A stretch of DNA of 64,000 bases. It comes from Candidatus Coprovivens sp. Lineage in GTDB: Bacteria; Bacillota_I; Bacilli_A; RF39; UBA660. The number at the start of each line of letters is the position of its first letter. Position 1 is the stretch's first letter. The stretch lies in the NCBI GenBank assembly GCA_051892935.1, contig JBJFGS010000024.1:1-64000 (forward strand). Direction: 5' to 3'. Positions 20,605-31,655 of the stretch are shown piece by piece. The translations under genes were made by a program, and so were the position numbers. The notes beneath the pieces were generated by a model. It made no database searches. It worked only from the letters and a program-made list of their open reading frames with translations, and was not told where the DNA came from.

Positions 20605-22428
20605 TTAAGCTTCTTCAAAGTATTGTTTGTACCAAATTAGGAATGTATATATAGCCCAAACTTTTTTATAGCAGTCTTTTTTACCACTTCGATGATTTTC
20701 TAATAATTTGTTTATTCTTTTTATATCAAAAAATTTTTCAGCTGTTGGAGTATTAAACTCTTTTTTTATTAGATTATATAGTTCATCTTGTCTTATCCAT
20801 TCTCTTAGAGGAACTGGGAAACCTAGTTTTTTCTTTTTATATGATTCGTTTGGTATTGTTTTTTGAGCTGCTTTTCTAAGAGCAACTTTTGTTGTTTCTT
20901 TATTTATTTTAGCAGATACTGGTAAGTGTCTGGCTACTTCGTATACTTTTTCATCTAGGAATGGTGTACGACATTCTATTCCAAACATTGAACCACTTCT
21001 ATCTACAGCATGGAGAAAATCTCTTACTAACCAGAAATAAAAATCTATCACTTGTCTTTGAACCATTGTAGAATTGTCTTTATATTCTTCATAAAAAGGA
21101 GCTACTATGTCTTTAGTATGTATCTGATTTGATATTTTTACTATTTTCATAGCTTCTTCATCTCTGAATACTCTTCCTAGTCCTATATTATAATCTTTTA
21201 GTTTTTTTCCTCTTCTATATACAAAATTAAATCCTCTAGCATCTGGGAAAATACCTGCTATCATTGAAGCAAAACGGCGAATAGGAAATGGAATTTTCAT
21301 GTACCAAGCTTGATTTACTTCTTCTTGATATGTGTTATATCCTCCAAATAATTCATCTGCTCCTTCACCTGATGTGATTACTTTTACATAATGTGATGCT
21401 AGTTCTGATATTGAATATAAAGCTATTGTGGATGGATCTGCTAATGGTTCATCCATATGATACATTAATTTAGGAAAATTTTTTATGTATTCTTTTTGAG
21501 ATATTTTTTTAGATATGTTATGAATACCTAATTTTTCAGATAAATCTTCAGCGTATGTTATTTCGTTGTATTTTGGATTGTCGTATCCTACTGTAAATGT
21601 TTTATCTGGTTTACCAATAGATACAATATATGATGAATCTACTCCACTTGATAGTAGAGATCCTACTTCAACATCAGCATGAAAATGTCTTATAACAGAG
21701 TCTTTCATTGCTTTATCTATTTGATCAACATAGATATCCATATCTTTATCTGTTTCTTCAAATTCTAGTTTAAAGAATCTTTCTATAGTTATTTGTTGAT
21801 CTTTATAGATTAAATAGTGTCCTGGTTCTAGTCTTTTTACACCTTTAAAGAACGTTTCTTCTGTTGGTACTGAGTTAAAGCATAAGTATGCTGATAGTAT
21901 TTTATCATTAAATTCTTTTTTAAAATCTGGATGATCTAAGAATGCTTTTAGTTCTGAAGCAAACATGAAAACGCCATCATTTTCATAGTAATAGTATGGT
22001 TTTATTCCCCAACCGTCGCGAGCACTAAATAGTTCTTTTTCGTTTTTATTCCAAATTGCAAAAGCATACATTCCTCTTAATTTATGAACTATATCATGTC
22101 CCCATTCTTCGTAACCATGTACAAGAACTTCTGTATCTGTTGTGGTTATAAATTTGTGTCCTTTTTCTTTTAATTCTTCTGTTAATTCTTTATAATTATA
22201 TATTTCACCATTAAATACGACTGCTATATCTTTATTTTCATTAAATATTGGTTGATCTCCTGTTGATAAATCGATAATAGCTAGTCTTCTGTGTCCTAGG
22301 GCTGCCATTTCATCAACATAAAATCCTTCTCCATCAGGACCACGATGTGCTATTCTGTCTGTCATTAATTTTAATACTTTTTTTGTTGGTTTTTTATTGT
22401 TACTTATATAACCTGCGATTCCACACAT
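20605..22428 (-). CDS. asnB: Asparagine synthase (glutamine-hydrolysing) family amidotransferase
   Basis: N-terminal MCGIAG, HRGPD, FNGEIYN, LSSGVDSS and SGEGADELFGGY motifs. Confidence 0.95.
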   Translation of the reverse strand: MCGIAGYISNNKKPTKKVLKLMTDRIAHRGPDGEGFYVDEMAALGHRRLAIIDLSTGDQPIFNENKDIAVVFNGEIYNYKELTEELKEKGHKFITTTDTEVLVHGYEEWGHDIVHKLRGMYAFAIWNKNEKELFSARDGWGIKPYYYYENDGVFMFASELKAFLDHPDFKKEFNDKILSAYLCFNSVPTEETFFKGVKRLEPGHYLIYKDQQITIERFFKLEFEETDKDMDIYVDQIDKAMKDSVIRHFHADVEVGSLLSSGVDSSYIVSIGKPDKTFTVGYDNPKYNEITYAEDLSEKLGIHNISKKISQKEYIKNFPKLMYHMDEPLADPSTIALYSISELASHYVKVITSGEGADELFGGYNTYQEEVNQAWYMKIPFPIRRFASMIAGIFPDARGFNFVYRRGKKLKDYNIGLGRVFRDEEAMKIVKISNQIHTKDIVAPFYEEYKDNSTMVQRQVIDFYFWLVRDFLHAVDRSGSMFGIECRTPFLDEKVYEVARHLPVSAKINKETTKVALRKAAQKTIPNESYKKKKLGFPVPLREWIRQDELYNLIKKEFNTPTAEKFFDIKRINKLLENHRSGKKDCYKKVWAIYTFLIWYKQYFEEA

Positions 22429-22433
22429 TGTTA

Positions 22434-24368
22434 TCACTCACTTCCTAATACATAAGTGTAATAATCGTTTTCTATTATCATTTTGCTTATACTATAAGCG
22501 TTTGATACTCTGTTTTTCATTTCTTTTACATATTCATTGATATTTTCTAATTCTTTACCTTCTTTTAAAGTAAATTTATTAGTATTGGCATTATACGTAC
22601 CATAGTCTGATACCCAACTATAATTTGAAAATATAGCAACACAACCAGTATCGCTTAAAATATCTTTTCCTACAATCAATCTCGAATCATATTCAATACC
22701 AAATAGATTTAATAAAGTTGGTAAAACATCTATTTGGCTTCCTAGTTTATCTATTATTATAGGTTCTTTTATTTCACTATTCCATATAATAAAATTGCTA
22801 TGATTTACTTCTATTGTACTATCTTTTTTGTATGATGACATTTCATTCATTTCATCGGTTGATAGTGTATAAGGATAATGATCTCCTACTAAGGCGATTA
22901 CTGTGTTTTCTAATTGATTGGCTTCTGCAAGTTTATTTATTAAAGTTTCTAACATACTATCAAGTTCCATTTGAGATGCTAGATAATATTTTACTGCTGA
23001 TGAGTATTCTCCTTCTATTTGATTTAAGTATTTCTTGGCAATATTAGAGCTAGCGTTATATGGGGAATGTCCACTTACTGTAACATAATATGTTGCAAAG
23101 TTTCCTTCTTTATTTATATAATCTGGTAGTGTTACATTTATCATATCAACATCACTTGGTAGCCATTGACAGTTTATCTTTTTTTCTAAACCATTTCCAC
23201 ATCCTGTATAACTATTAAATCCTAGAGTTTTCATAGTTATATTTCTTTTATAGTATGTATATGTCCAGTTATGATAGCTTTGAACGTTGTATCCAATATT
23301 ACTGAAAGCATTACCTATACCATATGAAATTGTTGGAGTTTGCTTTTTCCAAGCGCTTAGTGTTCCTTGAGTTGGAACCAATCCTGTTGTAGCTTGGAAT
23401 TCTCCTCCAGTTGTACTTAAATGTACAGGTGAATAAAAGTTATTAAATACAAAACCATTATTAATCATTTTATATAATGTTGGAGTTCTTGTTTCATCAA
23501 CTGCAACTTCGTTAAATCCTTCAGCAAGAATAAATATTAGATTTTTTCCTTTGAACATTCCTGTATATTGATTTTTATTAGTAGGTAGTTCACTATTCAT
23601 GTAACTATTTAACTTTTGAATATTTTTATTTTTGGATTCTAATGAAGAAAAATCTATATCTAATGCATTATCTCCATAAACAATTTCTTCTGGTTCATTT
23701 GTTTCATTTATTATAGGAAAAGTAGTGTTACTATTAATTAGTTCTGAATCAAATCCAAATAATTGTCTTTTTATGTCAATTTTGGTATATGTTAACATAC
23801 CAAATTTATCAATTATAGCAACAGAATTATCAATATTAAAATATAATTTTTTTGAGTTGTCTTCGTTAGGTATTAAAAATGCGAATGTTGATAAGTAACT
23901 AATTATAAACATTGTAATTAGCGATATAATATTATACTTATTATACTTTTTATAATCGATATGTTTGTTAAAGACAATTAATAGAATATATGGTAATATG
24001 ATGGCTAGGATGTAGTACCAATATTTTATTAATGTGTCTTTAATGATATTTACGAAATCTAAAGCTTGATCGGCCATACTAATGCTTGAGAATGAAAATG
24101 GTACTGAAAATAAAATGAAATATACAAATTGAGCACCATAAAATATTGTTATTATTAGCATTATAATTATAGATATTATTTTATTAATTTTTTCGTTAAA
24201 TGATTTAGTTAGAATTGTTATTAATATTATTATTGGAATAGTAAATACTATCATATATATTAAGCCAGTATTTAATAAATGTTTAGTCATTATTACTTTT
24301 GTCAATATTTCTAAATAAAATATTGTAAAAGTATATATAATACTAGGATGTATTTTTGTTTTTTTCAT
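22434..24368 (-). CDS. LTA synthase family (sulfatase-fold) membrane protein
   Basis: Multiple N-terminal TMs, NLIFILAEG, STTGGEF, HSPY, GDHYPY and SQIDVLPT motifs. Confidence 0.88.
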   Translation of the reverse strand: MKKTKIHPSIIYTFTIFYLEILTKVIMTKHLLNTGLIYMIVFTIPIIILITILTKSFNEKINKIISIIIMLIITIFYGAQFVYFILFSVPFSFSSISMADQALDFVNIIKDTLIKYWYYILAIILPYILLIVFNKHIDYKKYNKYNIISLITMFIISYLSTFAFLIPNEDNSKKLYFNIDNSVAIIDKFGMLTYTKIDIKRQLFGFDSELINSNTTFPIINETNEPEEIVYGDNALDIDFSSLESKNKNIQKLNSYMNSELPTNKNQYTGMFKGKNLIFILAEGFNEVAVDETRTPTLYKMINNGFVFNNFYSPVHLSTTGGEFQATTGLVPTQGTLSAWKKQTPTISYGIGNAFSNIGYNVQSYHNWTYTYYKRNITMKTLGFNSYTGCGNGLEKKINCQWLPSDVDMINVTLPDYINKEGNFATYYVTVSGHSPYNASSNIAKKYLNQIEGEYSSAVKYYLASQMELDSMLETLINKLAEANQLENTVIALVGDHYPYTLSTDEMNEMSSYKKDSTIEVNHSNFIIWNSEIKEPIIIDKLGSQIDVLPTLLNLFGIEYDSRLIVGKDILSDTGCVAIFSNYSWVSDYGTYNANTNKFTLKEGKELENINEYVKEMKNRVSNAYSISKMIIENDYYTYVLGSE

Positions 24369-24601
24369 AAGGACACTTCTTTCGTTTCTTATGTATTTTA
24401 TTATACCACAAAACGCTTTTTTTATTATTAATATGGTATTTAAAAAAGATATTTTACAATATCTTTTTTGTATTAATTATTATTACTTTCCTTTTTTTAT
24501 TTGTAATCTGTATCATACAATAAATATCAATAGTCTTTATTATATAGTATAAATTTAGTCTTTCTAGGTTGTTATAATCATTTGTATAATATATCAATAT
24601 T

Positions 24602-25448
24602 TTATTTCATTTCTTCGCCAGATACTAATTGATTTTCTTCGTTGAAAGTATATTTATATGTCTTTATTTCTTCTCCCAAGTAGCTACTATAATTATCATA
24701 CATACCATATTCATTTATATCAAATTCAATTGTTTTTATACGTTTTCCATTTTTTCTGTATAAATTCCGACACCGTTTTTTTCTACTATAATATAATATG
24801 AAGACACAATATATTCATAACTATTTGTTTTTTTATTATATTTTTCACTTACTAAATGTGAGGAATATGTTGGCTGTGGTCCAGTTCCTCCGTATCCCCA
24901 TATTTTTATTTTGCAAATTTCTTTTTCGCAATTAATTCCATAAACATTTTTATAACCATCAGTTTTAAATCCTTCTTTTATTTCTGTATTTGCGAAGAAA
25001 GTTGAGACCATTTTATTTAATCCATTTAGACTAATTTCAAACTCGACTTCTTCACCTGTAGATACTTTATCAAACAGATATTGTATATTATTTTTGTTTA
25101 AATATTCATTAATACTATATACTGCTTTATATTCATCGGAAATATTTGCTTTATACATTGCTCCTATGTATTCACCACTAAAACTACTATTAGATGAATA
25201 TATTAATTCTTTGTGATTATAATTATCTATATATCCCGATAAAAGCATTTCTTCAATACTTTTTGTTTCATTATTCTTATCACTATCATCGTTTTCTGTT
25301 GTTTCTTTAGTAGGAATCTGTTCTTTGTTTTTCTCACATCTAACATTGTCATATTTTTTTGTTCCAAATATTGCATAGCAACTACTAAATCCAATTAATA
25401 GAGCTATTATAATAAGTATTAGTGTTACAATTACACTTTTTTATTCAT
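24602..25448 (-). pseudogene. Frameshifted membrane-anchored protein gene (resembles 27750..28592)
   Basis: RBS and ATG at 25448, with frameshifts in the signal region. An A-run frameshift near 24750-24755 cuts off the tail KNGKRIKT...TYKYTFNEENQLVSGEEMK. Confidence 0.7.
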
Positions 25449-25524
25449 ATAAACTTCACTCCTATTATAATAATATAATAAATTAATTTTTAATTAAAGT
25501 AAAAAAAGAATGTTATAGATATAT

Positions 25525-27681
25525 CTATACATTCTTTATTAAACTTAATTGTACTTTTTGTTTTGTTAGGTCAATGTCTGATACGTAGCATGTTACGATA
25601 TCTCCAACATGTACTATGTCGTTAGGATTTTTGACAAATTGTTTGCTCATTTTTGAAATGTGAATTAATCCATCATCGTGAAGACCAATGTCTACAAATG
25701 CTCCAAAGGATGCAACGTTTCGAATAGTACCTTGTAGTTCCATACCAACACGTAAATCTTCAATATGGAGAATATCACTTTTTAAGATAGGTGCTTCTAG
25801 TTCATCACGTGGGTCTAATCCAGGATTTAACAATTCTTTTATTATATCTTCAATTGTATATATATCACTATTTAGTTCTTCTGATAGTTTTAGCGCGTTT
25901 TGTTTTTTTAGTGTATCTTTAAATTCTTCTGTATTAATATCTTTGATATCTAAAGATAGTTTTGATAATAAATTATTAGTTATTTCGTAACTTTCTGGAT
26001 GGATACCTGTTTTATCCAAGGGATTTATACCATCTGGAATACGAAGGAAACCTATTGATTGTTCATATACTTTATCAGACATTCCTTTTATTTTTTTTAT
26101 TTCTTCACGAGATGTAAAGTTTTTTTCTTCTTTAGCTTTATACAGGTTTTCTATTACTGATTTAGTAAGTCCTGATACATATTTTAAGATACTCTTTGAT
26201 GCCGTGTTTATATTTACACCTACTTCGTTAACTACTTTAGATGTAGTAAAGTCAAGTGCATCTGTTAAATCATGTTGATTTACATCATATTGATATTCGC
26301 CAACGCCGATTGATTTTGGATCTATTTTGACTAATTCTGATAACGGGTCTTGGAGACGGCGACCTATTGATACAGCACTACGTTTTTCTACTGCTAAATC
26401 TGGGAATTCTTCAATTGCTAGTTTAGATGCACTATATATTGAAGCTCCTGCTTCTGATGTAATTATATACTTACAATTTAAATTGTATTCTTTGATTAAT
26501 TCAGTACAGAATTTTTCTGATTCACGAGACGCTGTTCCATTTCCTATTGAAATAATGTCAACTTTGTATTTTTCAATTAAGTTTTTAACTATTACTTTAC
26601 TTTGTTCTATATATTTATCTTGATTTGAACCATTCAGGAATGGCTTTATTACTGTTGAATCTAAGTATTTACCATTTTTATCTACTACTGCTAGTTTACA
26701 GCCATTAACATATCCTGGATCAAATCCAAGTACTACCATACCTTTTATTGGTCTTGTTAATAGTAGATGTTCTAAATTTGTGGAGAATGTTTTTATAGCT
26801 TCTTTTTCTGCTTGTTCAGTAAGTTCACTACGTATTTCTCTTTCTATGCTTGGTAAAATTAATCTCTTTAGCGAATCCTTGATAGAGTCTTTTACTAAAT
26901 CTACTACAAAGGAATCTTTGTTTTTTATTAGTTTTGATTCTAAATAACTTTGGATTGCATCATTATCCATATCTATTGAAACTGTTAATACTTTTTCTTT
27001 TTCTCCTCTATTTAGGGCTAAAACACGATAATGTTTGATATATTTTACTCTATCAGTAAATTCATAATACATTTCATATAGTTTATTTTCATCTTCTGCA
27101 TTCTTTTTTAATTTTGATGTTATTGTACCATTTGAATAAACATTATAGCGTATCCATTTACGGTAAGATGCATTGTCACTTATCCATTCAGCAATAATAT
27201 AACCGGCTCCTTCTAATGCTGTAGCTGTATCTTTAACATTTTCATTAACAAATTTTCGAGCCATATCTTCCAAAGTTCCAGTTGTAGGAAATGACATTAT
27301 CATTTTAGCTAATGGTTCTAAACCGTTTTTAATAGCTTCGCTAGCTTTTGTTTTTTTCTTTTCTTTATATGGACGATATATATCTTCTACTTCTGTTAGT
27401 TTAGTACATTTTTTTATTGATTCTTCTATTTCAGGAGTTAACATTCCTTTTTCATCAATTAGTCTTATGACATCATTTTTTCTATTTAGAAGGTTTTCTT
27501 GATATTTATATTGTTCTTCAATTGCTCTTATTTGGTCTTCATTTAGATTTCCTGTTTTTTCTTTACGATAACGTGCTATAAAGGGGATTGTTGCTCCTTC
27601 ACTTAACATTGATAATACTTCTTTAATTTGTGTTTCTTGTAGTCCTAATGAGATTACTAGGCTTTTAATTACTTCTTCCAT
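25525..27681 (-). CDS. tex: Tex family RNA-binding transcriptional accessory protein
   Basis: GATIPFIARYRKEKTG, DPGY, IGNGTASRE, DPKSIGVG and a C-terminal S1 domain. Confidence 0.96.
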   Translation of the reverse strand: MEEVIKSLVISLGLQETQIKEVLSMLSEGATIPFIARYRKEKTGNLNEDQIRAIEEQYKYQENLLNRKNDVIRLIDEKGMLTPEIEESIKKCTKLTEVEDIYRPYKEKKKTKASEAIKNGLEPLAKMIMSFPTTGTLEDMARKFVNENVKDTATALEGAGYIIAEWISDNASYRKWIRYNVYSNGTITSKLKKNAEDENKLYEMYYEFTDRVKYIKHYRVLALNRGEKEKVLTVSIDMDNDAIQSYLESKLIKNKDSFVVDLVKDSIKDSLKRLILPSIEREIRSELTEQAEKEAIKTFSTNLEHLLLTRPIKGMVVLGFDPGYVNGCKLAVVDKNGKYLDSTVIKPFLNGSNQDKYIEQSKVIVKNLIEKYKVDIISIGNGTASRESEKFCTELIKEYNLNCKYIITSEAGASIYSASKLAIEEFPDLAVEKRSAVSIGRRLQDPLSELVKIDPKSIGVGEYQYDVNQHDLTDALDFTTSKVVNEVGVNINTASKSILKYVSGLTKSVIENLYKAKEEKNFTSREEIKKIKGMSDKVYEQSIGFLRIPDGINPLDKTGIHPESYEITNNLLSKLSLDIKDINTEEFKDTLKKQNALKLSEELNSDIYTIEDIIKELLNPGLDPRDELEAPILKSDILHIEDLRVGMELQGTIRNVASFGAFVDIGLHDDGLIHISKMSKQFVKNPNDIVHVGDIVTCYVSDIDLTKQKVQLSLIKNV

Positions 27682-27749
27682 TTTTATCACCAGTTTTTAT
27701 TATATCAAAATATTCCTTTTTTTCCATTAAAAAAGGAATATTTCTATTC

Positions 27750-28592
27750 CTAACTAATAAGTTCTACTTGTTTAAATATTAAAGATTCTTTTTCATTCTT
27801 TGTGAATGTATATTTGTATGTGTTAAAGCTTTGGTAGTTTTCTTTTGTAATAATACTATTTTTATCGTAGCTAGCATTTTGAATAGTTTTTACTAGTGTT
27901 TGTTTACTATAATCAGCATATATACCATATGAACCCGAACCAGTAGGTGATACGAAGGCAGTTGATACATAAACATAAGCATTTTGTTCATCTGATTCGT
28001 AGTCATTTATGTATTCTATTACTTCATTAGGAGTTATTTCTATTTTTTCACCAGTTGTTTGATAAAATATTTTTTTTCTTGTTTCATCATATCTAATATA
28101 AGGAAATAAATTCATATCATTTAGTTCGTTATAATTTATAGTATCTTCGCCGTATAAGTCTTTATATTCTTCTTCGAATTCTTGCTTACTAAATTCTTGT
28201 GTATATCTAAAGTTTATACCTCCTACAATAATGTTTCCTACTACATAATTGATTTTTGACTCCATTGCATTATCTAAGGCAAGAACTAATGTGTATAAAC
28301 GATATCTATTATTTAGTTCTTCAGCTGTAGTAATATTTTGACGATATAAGCAGCCATTCATATATTCGTTATTTGTACCTATTTCACAATAATTTCCATA
28401 TCTAAGTAACGATACTTTTCTATCTAATTCTTTTGTTAGTTCATTTGTTAATTCTATTTTAGTTGGAGTTTCATCTTGAGGTGATTGTTCTTCTTTATTT
28501 TTTCTCATACTTGATATCATAGCTATTATAAATATTACTACTAAAATAAGTATTATAATGATTTTAATTTTTTTATCTTTTAATATTTTCAT
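27750..28592 (-). CDS. Hypothetical membrane-anchored surface protein
   Basis: N-terminal TM and C-terminal YKYTF motif. Confidence 0.75.
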   Translation of the reverse strand: MKILKDKKIKIIIILILVVIFIIAMISSMRKNKEEQSPQDETPTKIELTNELTKELDRKVSLLRYGNYCEIGTNNEYMNGCLYRQNITTAEELNNRYRLYTLVLALDNAMESKINYVVGNIIVGGINFRYTQEFSKQEFEEEYKDLYGEDTINYNELNDMNLFPYIRYDETRKKIFYQTTGEKIEITPNEVIEYINDYESDEQNAYVYVSTAFVSPTGSGSYGIYADYSKQTLVKTIQNASYDKNSIITKENYQSFNTYKYTFTKNEKESLIFKQVELIS

Positions 28593-28667
28593 GGATATTC
28601 TCCTATCTATTGTTATTATATCATGGATGCTTTTCTTAGTAAATTAATAGACTTTAATAAAAGAGAA

Positions 28668-29615
28668 TCAAGATTTATTTTCTTGATTCTCTTTTTTGAT
28701 TTCTTTTTTATTTTTTTTGTTATCTGGTTCTTCAGGTAAGACAGGTGCACTATTAGCAGATTCTTCAATGACTTTATTTATCTCTATTACGCCTGTTTTT
28801 TCTAGGTCTTGATGATAATTCATTGCCATACCTATTACGAATGCATATGATAAGAAATATACCCAAAGCATTAAGATTACAATGTTTGCTAAGCTACCAT
28901 AGAATAATGAGTAGTTAGCATAATTAGCAATATAATATGAATATAATTCTGTAATTCCTATCCATGCAATTGTTGTGAAGATAGCTCCACCATTTACACT
29001 TCTACTTGCAAATTTTTTGTCTGGAGCCATTGTATATATTGTTTTTATAAACAGGAAAACAATTATCCATGATAATGGTCCACCTAATAGATTAAATGTA
29101 TTTACTATTATAGATGTTGTTTCAGTATCTAAATTTAGATAATGGAGTAAATCTATTATAGTACTTCCTAATAACGGAACTAATAGTATAAATAGAAATA
29201 ATATTACAATAACCAATTCCATTATTATAGCTTTTAGTCTTCTTTTGAAAAAACCAGAGTCTTTAATACCATATATTGTATTAGAAGCAACTATTATTGA
29301 TGACATACCATTGCTTGCAATGAAGTATCCTACTCCTAGTGATATAAAGAAAGCTGGTGTTATTTCAGTTGAAGTAATAATAGGAGCTACTAGTGATGCA
29401 ATGTCTTTACTAAGAATATTTGATAGAAATGTTTGAACTAAATCGTTTGATAAATTTAGATATGAACAAGCATAACCTATTAATGTTAGTGTTGGTACTA
29501 CTGAAAGAAAAAGGAAGAAAGCAATTTGCCCTGGAAGGACAAGCATTTCTGGTCTCCAAAAAGCTTCCCAGAATCTTTCAAAAAAATTCTTTTTATTACT
29601 ATTCTTTTTCTTCAT
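28668..29615 (-). CDS. YihY/virulence factor BrkB family membrane protein
   Basis: AFFLFLSVVP and YGSLA..VILMLWVY motifs. Multi-TM. Confidence 0.9.
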   Translation of the reverse strand: MKKKNSNKKNFFERFWEAFWRPEMLVLPGQIAFFLFLSVVPTLTLIGYACSYLNLSNDLVQTFLSNILSKDIASLVAPIITSTEITPAFFISLGVGYFIASNGMSSIIVASNTIYGIKDSGFFKRRLKAIIMELVIVILFLFILLVPLLGSTIIDLLHYLNLDTETTSIIVNTFNLLGGPLSWIIVFLFIKTIYTMAPDKKFASRSVNGGAIFTTIAWIGITELYSYYIANYANYSLFYGSLANIVILMLWVYFLSYAFVIGMAMNYHQDLEKTGVIEINKVIEESANSAPVLPEEPDNKKNKKEIKKENQENKS

Positions 29616-29616
29616 T

Positions 29617-31653
29617 TTATCCTTCTTCTATTTCTTCTTTCTTAGTTCTCATATCTTCAACTGATTCATTTATTGAATCCTCGATAGTTTTCATATCATT
29701 TGTAATCATACTATATCCAATTGCTGCACCATGTTCATATGGTAAATTTTTAAATTCTTTATATAGTTTTCTAATGTAACTTACTACTTGTTTTTCTTGA
29801 TATCCTACTAAGTATATTAAGTACTCGTTTCCATCTGTTCTCATAATATCGGTATTATCAAGTTGAGTTTTTATTAAGACATTTGCAGCAGCCTTTATTT
29901 GAGCATCTCCCTGTTCATATCCTAGAGTATCGTTGATGTTTCTAACTTGATTTAAATCTATAATTATAGTTGCTTGAGGATAAATACTATTTTTATTCCA
30001 GTTAGCTATGTTTTCATTTAGATAGTTTCTATTTTTTAAAGAAGTTAATTGATCTATATATTTCATTTTATCTTCTTTTTTTATCTTTTTAGCTATCTTT
30101 ATTTGTTTTGTAGAACGATATACTATGTATAGTATTATTATAAAGACCATTATTACTATTATTGAGTATTTTGCAACTTGTCCAAGAATAGTTCCTGATT
30201 TCATAGTATAAGTGTGATTATAATTACCTTTTATCTTTATTTCTTCTGGATCTAATGTTTGAATATATTTTTCAAATAGTAAATTGAATGTGTTATTTCC
30301 TTTAACATAGAAATTGTATGTATCAGATAAAGTATTACTATATCTTATTGTATAGTCGTTTAAATCTGTTTTTTTATAATAGTTGAAGACTTCTTTATCA
30401 AGAATTAAGATATTGTCTTTTTTAGATACTTTTTTTAATTCTTTACTATCTTCATATGTTTTTATATTAATGCCACCTAAGGAATTTAAATATTTTTCTA
30501 TTATACTATTTTTTTGTACATAAACTGTTTTATTATTTAATGATGCTATTGAATTCATTACTAAAGGATTAGATTCGTTAGCAACTACTACAAATGAAAT
30601 ATTCATTAAAGAGTCTATTTTTTGATATTTAGTATCTAAATTATAATAATTAAAATATAAATCTACTTTTTGATTTGCTAAAGCTTCTGTAAATTTAGAA
30701 AAGTTCTTGTATTTAGTTGATTTAAATTCTATGTTACTAAATTTACTAAATCTTGTTAAATATTCACTTATTATTCCGCCATATTGACCACCTGTTAATA
30801 CTTCGTAAGGACTATTATTTATAAATCCATATGTATATGGTTTGGCTTGAATATTATCAATTTCTTTATCAGATATTGAAAGAGCTTGAATGAATGTATT
30901 TAATTCATTTTTGTTTTTAGATTCTTCAAAGTTTTCTTCTTGCCATTTAGCATAATATTTTTTGATAATGTTACCAAATGTATCATCTTTAACTCCATTA
31001 AAGATTAAGTATTTATTTAGATCGCTTATATGATAATCTATATAGTAATTTGATGTAAGAATTGATGTTAAGTTTTCTTCTAAGGGAAGAATTGCATATT
31101 CTATATCAATATTAGATTCTAAAGCTTGGAATATATTTGTTGATGTTTCGTAAGTATTTATTATTGAGTTGCTTATATCACTTAGGTATTTTGTTATTGT
31201 TTTTTCATCACTTTTTAAAACACCTATTTTTTTGTTATTTAGTTGAGATATAGAACTAATAATGTTTTTTTCTTTACTAATTACAACGTAATGTTCTTGA
31301 TAAAATAGAACATCATCTTCTTCTAAGTCATAGACTACTTTAAATGAGTTCCCAGTAATTTCTTCACCAATATTGTAGGTTATTTCATTTACTTCTATAC
31401 CATATTCTGTTTCTAAGTCTTTGATGAAATCAAAGAAGACACCACTGCCATTCTTACCGAATATATCTAGATTGTTTGGAACATTAATACTTTGGATGGT
31501 ATTAATATTTTCGGTAATCCATTCTTTTTCTTCAACTGTTAATTTATTTTCATCATTAAGGATATTAATTGTAAGTATGATTAATCCTATTATTGCTACA
31601 ATTGCAAATAATGTAATAAGTATTACTTTCTTATTTATTTCAATCTTTTTCAT
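29617..31653 (-). CDS. Membrane sensor: extracellular solute-binding domains plus a degenerate GGDEF domain
   Basis: Two SBP_bac_3-like repeats, TM, DQLTSLKNR and INDTLGYEQGD. RTDGNEY replaces RxGGDEF. Confidence 0.85.
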   Translation of the reverse strand: MKKIEINKKVILITLFAIVAIIGLIILTINILNDENKLTVEEKEWITENINTIQSINVPNNLDIFGKNGSGVFFDFIKDLETEYGIEVNEITYNIGEEITGNSFKVVYDLEEDDVLFYQEHYVVISKEKNIISSISQLNNKKIGVLKSDEKTITKYLSDISNSIINTYETSTNIFQALESNIDIEYAILPLEENLTSILTSNYYIDYHISDLNKYLIFNGVKDDTFGNIIKKYYAKWQEENFEESKNKNELNTFIQALSISDKEIDNIQAKPYTYGFINNSPYEVLTGGQYGGIISEYLTRFSKFSNIEFKSTKYKNFSKFTEALANQKVDLYFNYYNLDTKYQKIDSLMNISFVVVANESNPLVMNSIASLNNKTVYVQKNSIIEKYLNSLGGINIKTYEDSKELKKVSKKDNILILDKEVFNYYKKTDLNDYTIRYSNTLSDTYNFYVKGNNTFNLLFEKYIQTLDPEEIKIKGNYNHTYTMKSGTILGQVAKYSIIVIMVFIIILYIVYRSTKQIKIAKKIKKEDKMKYIDQLTSLKNRNYLNENIANWNKNSIYPQATIIIDLNQVRNINDTLGYEQGDAQIKAAANVLIKTQLDNTDIMRTDGNEYLIYLVGYQEKQVVSYIRKLYKEFKNLPYEHGAAIGYSMITNDMKTIEDSINESVEDMRTKKEEIEEG

Positions 31654-31655
31654 AA

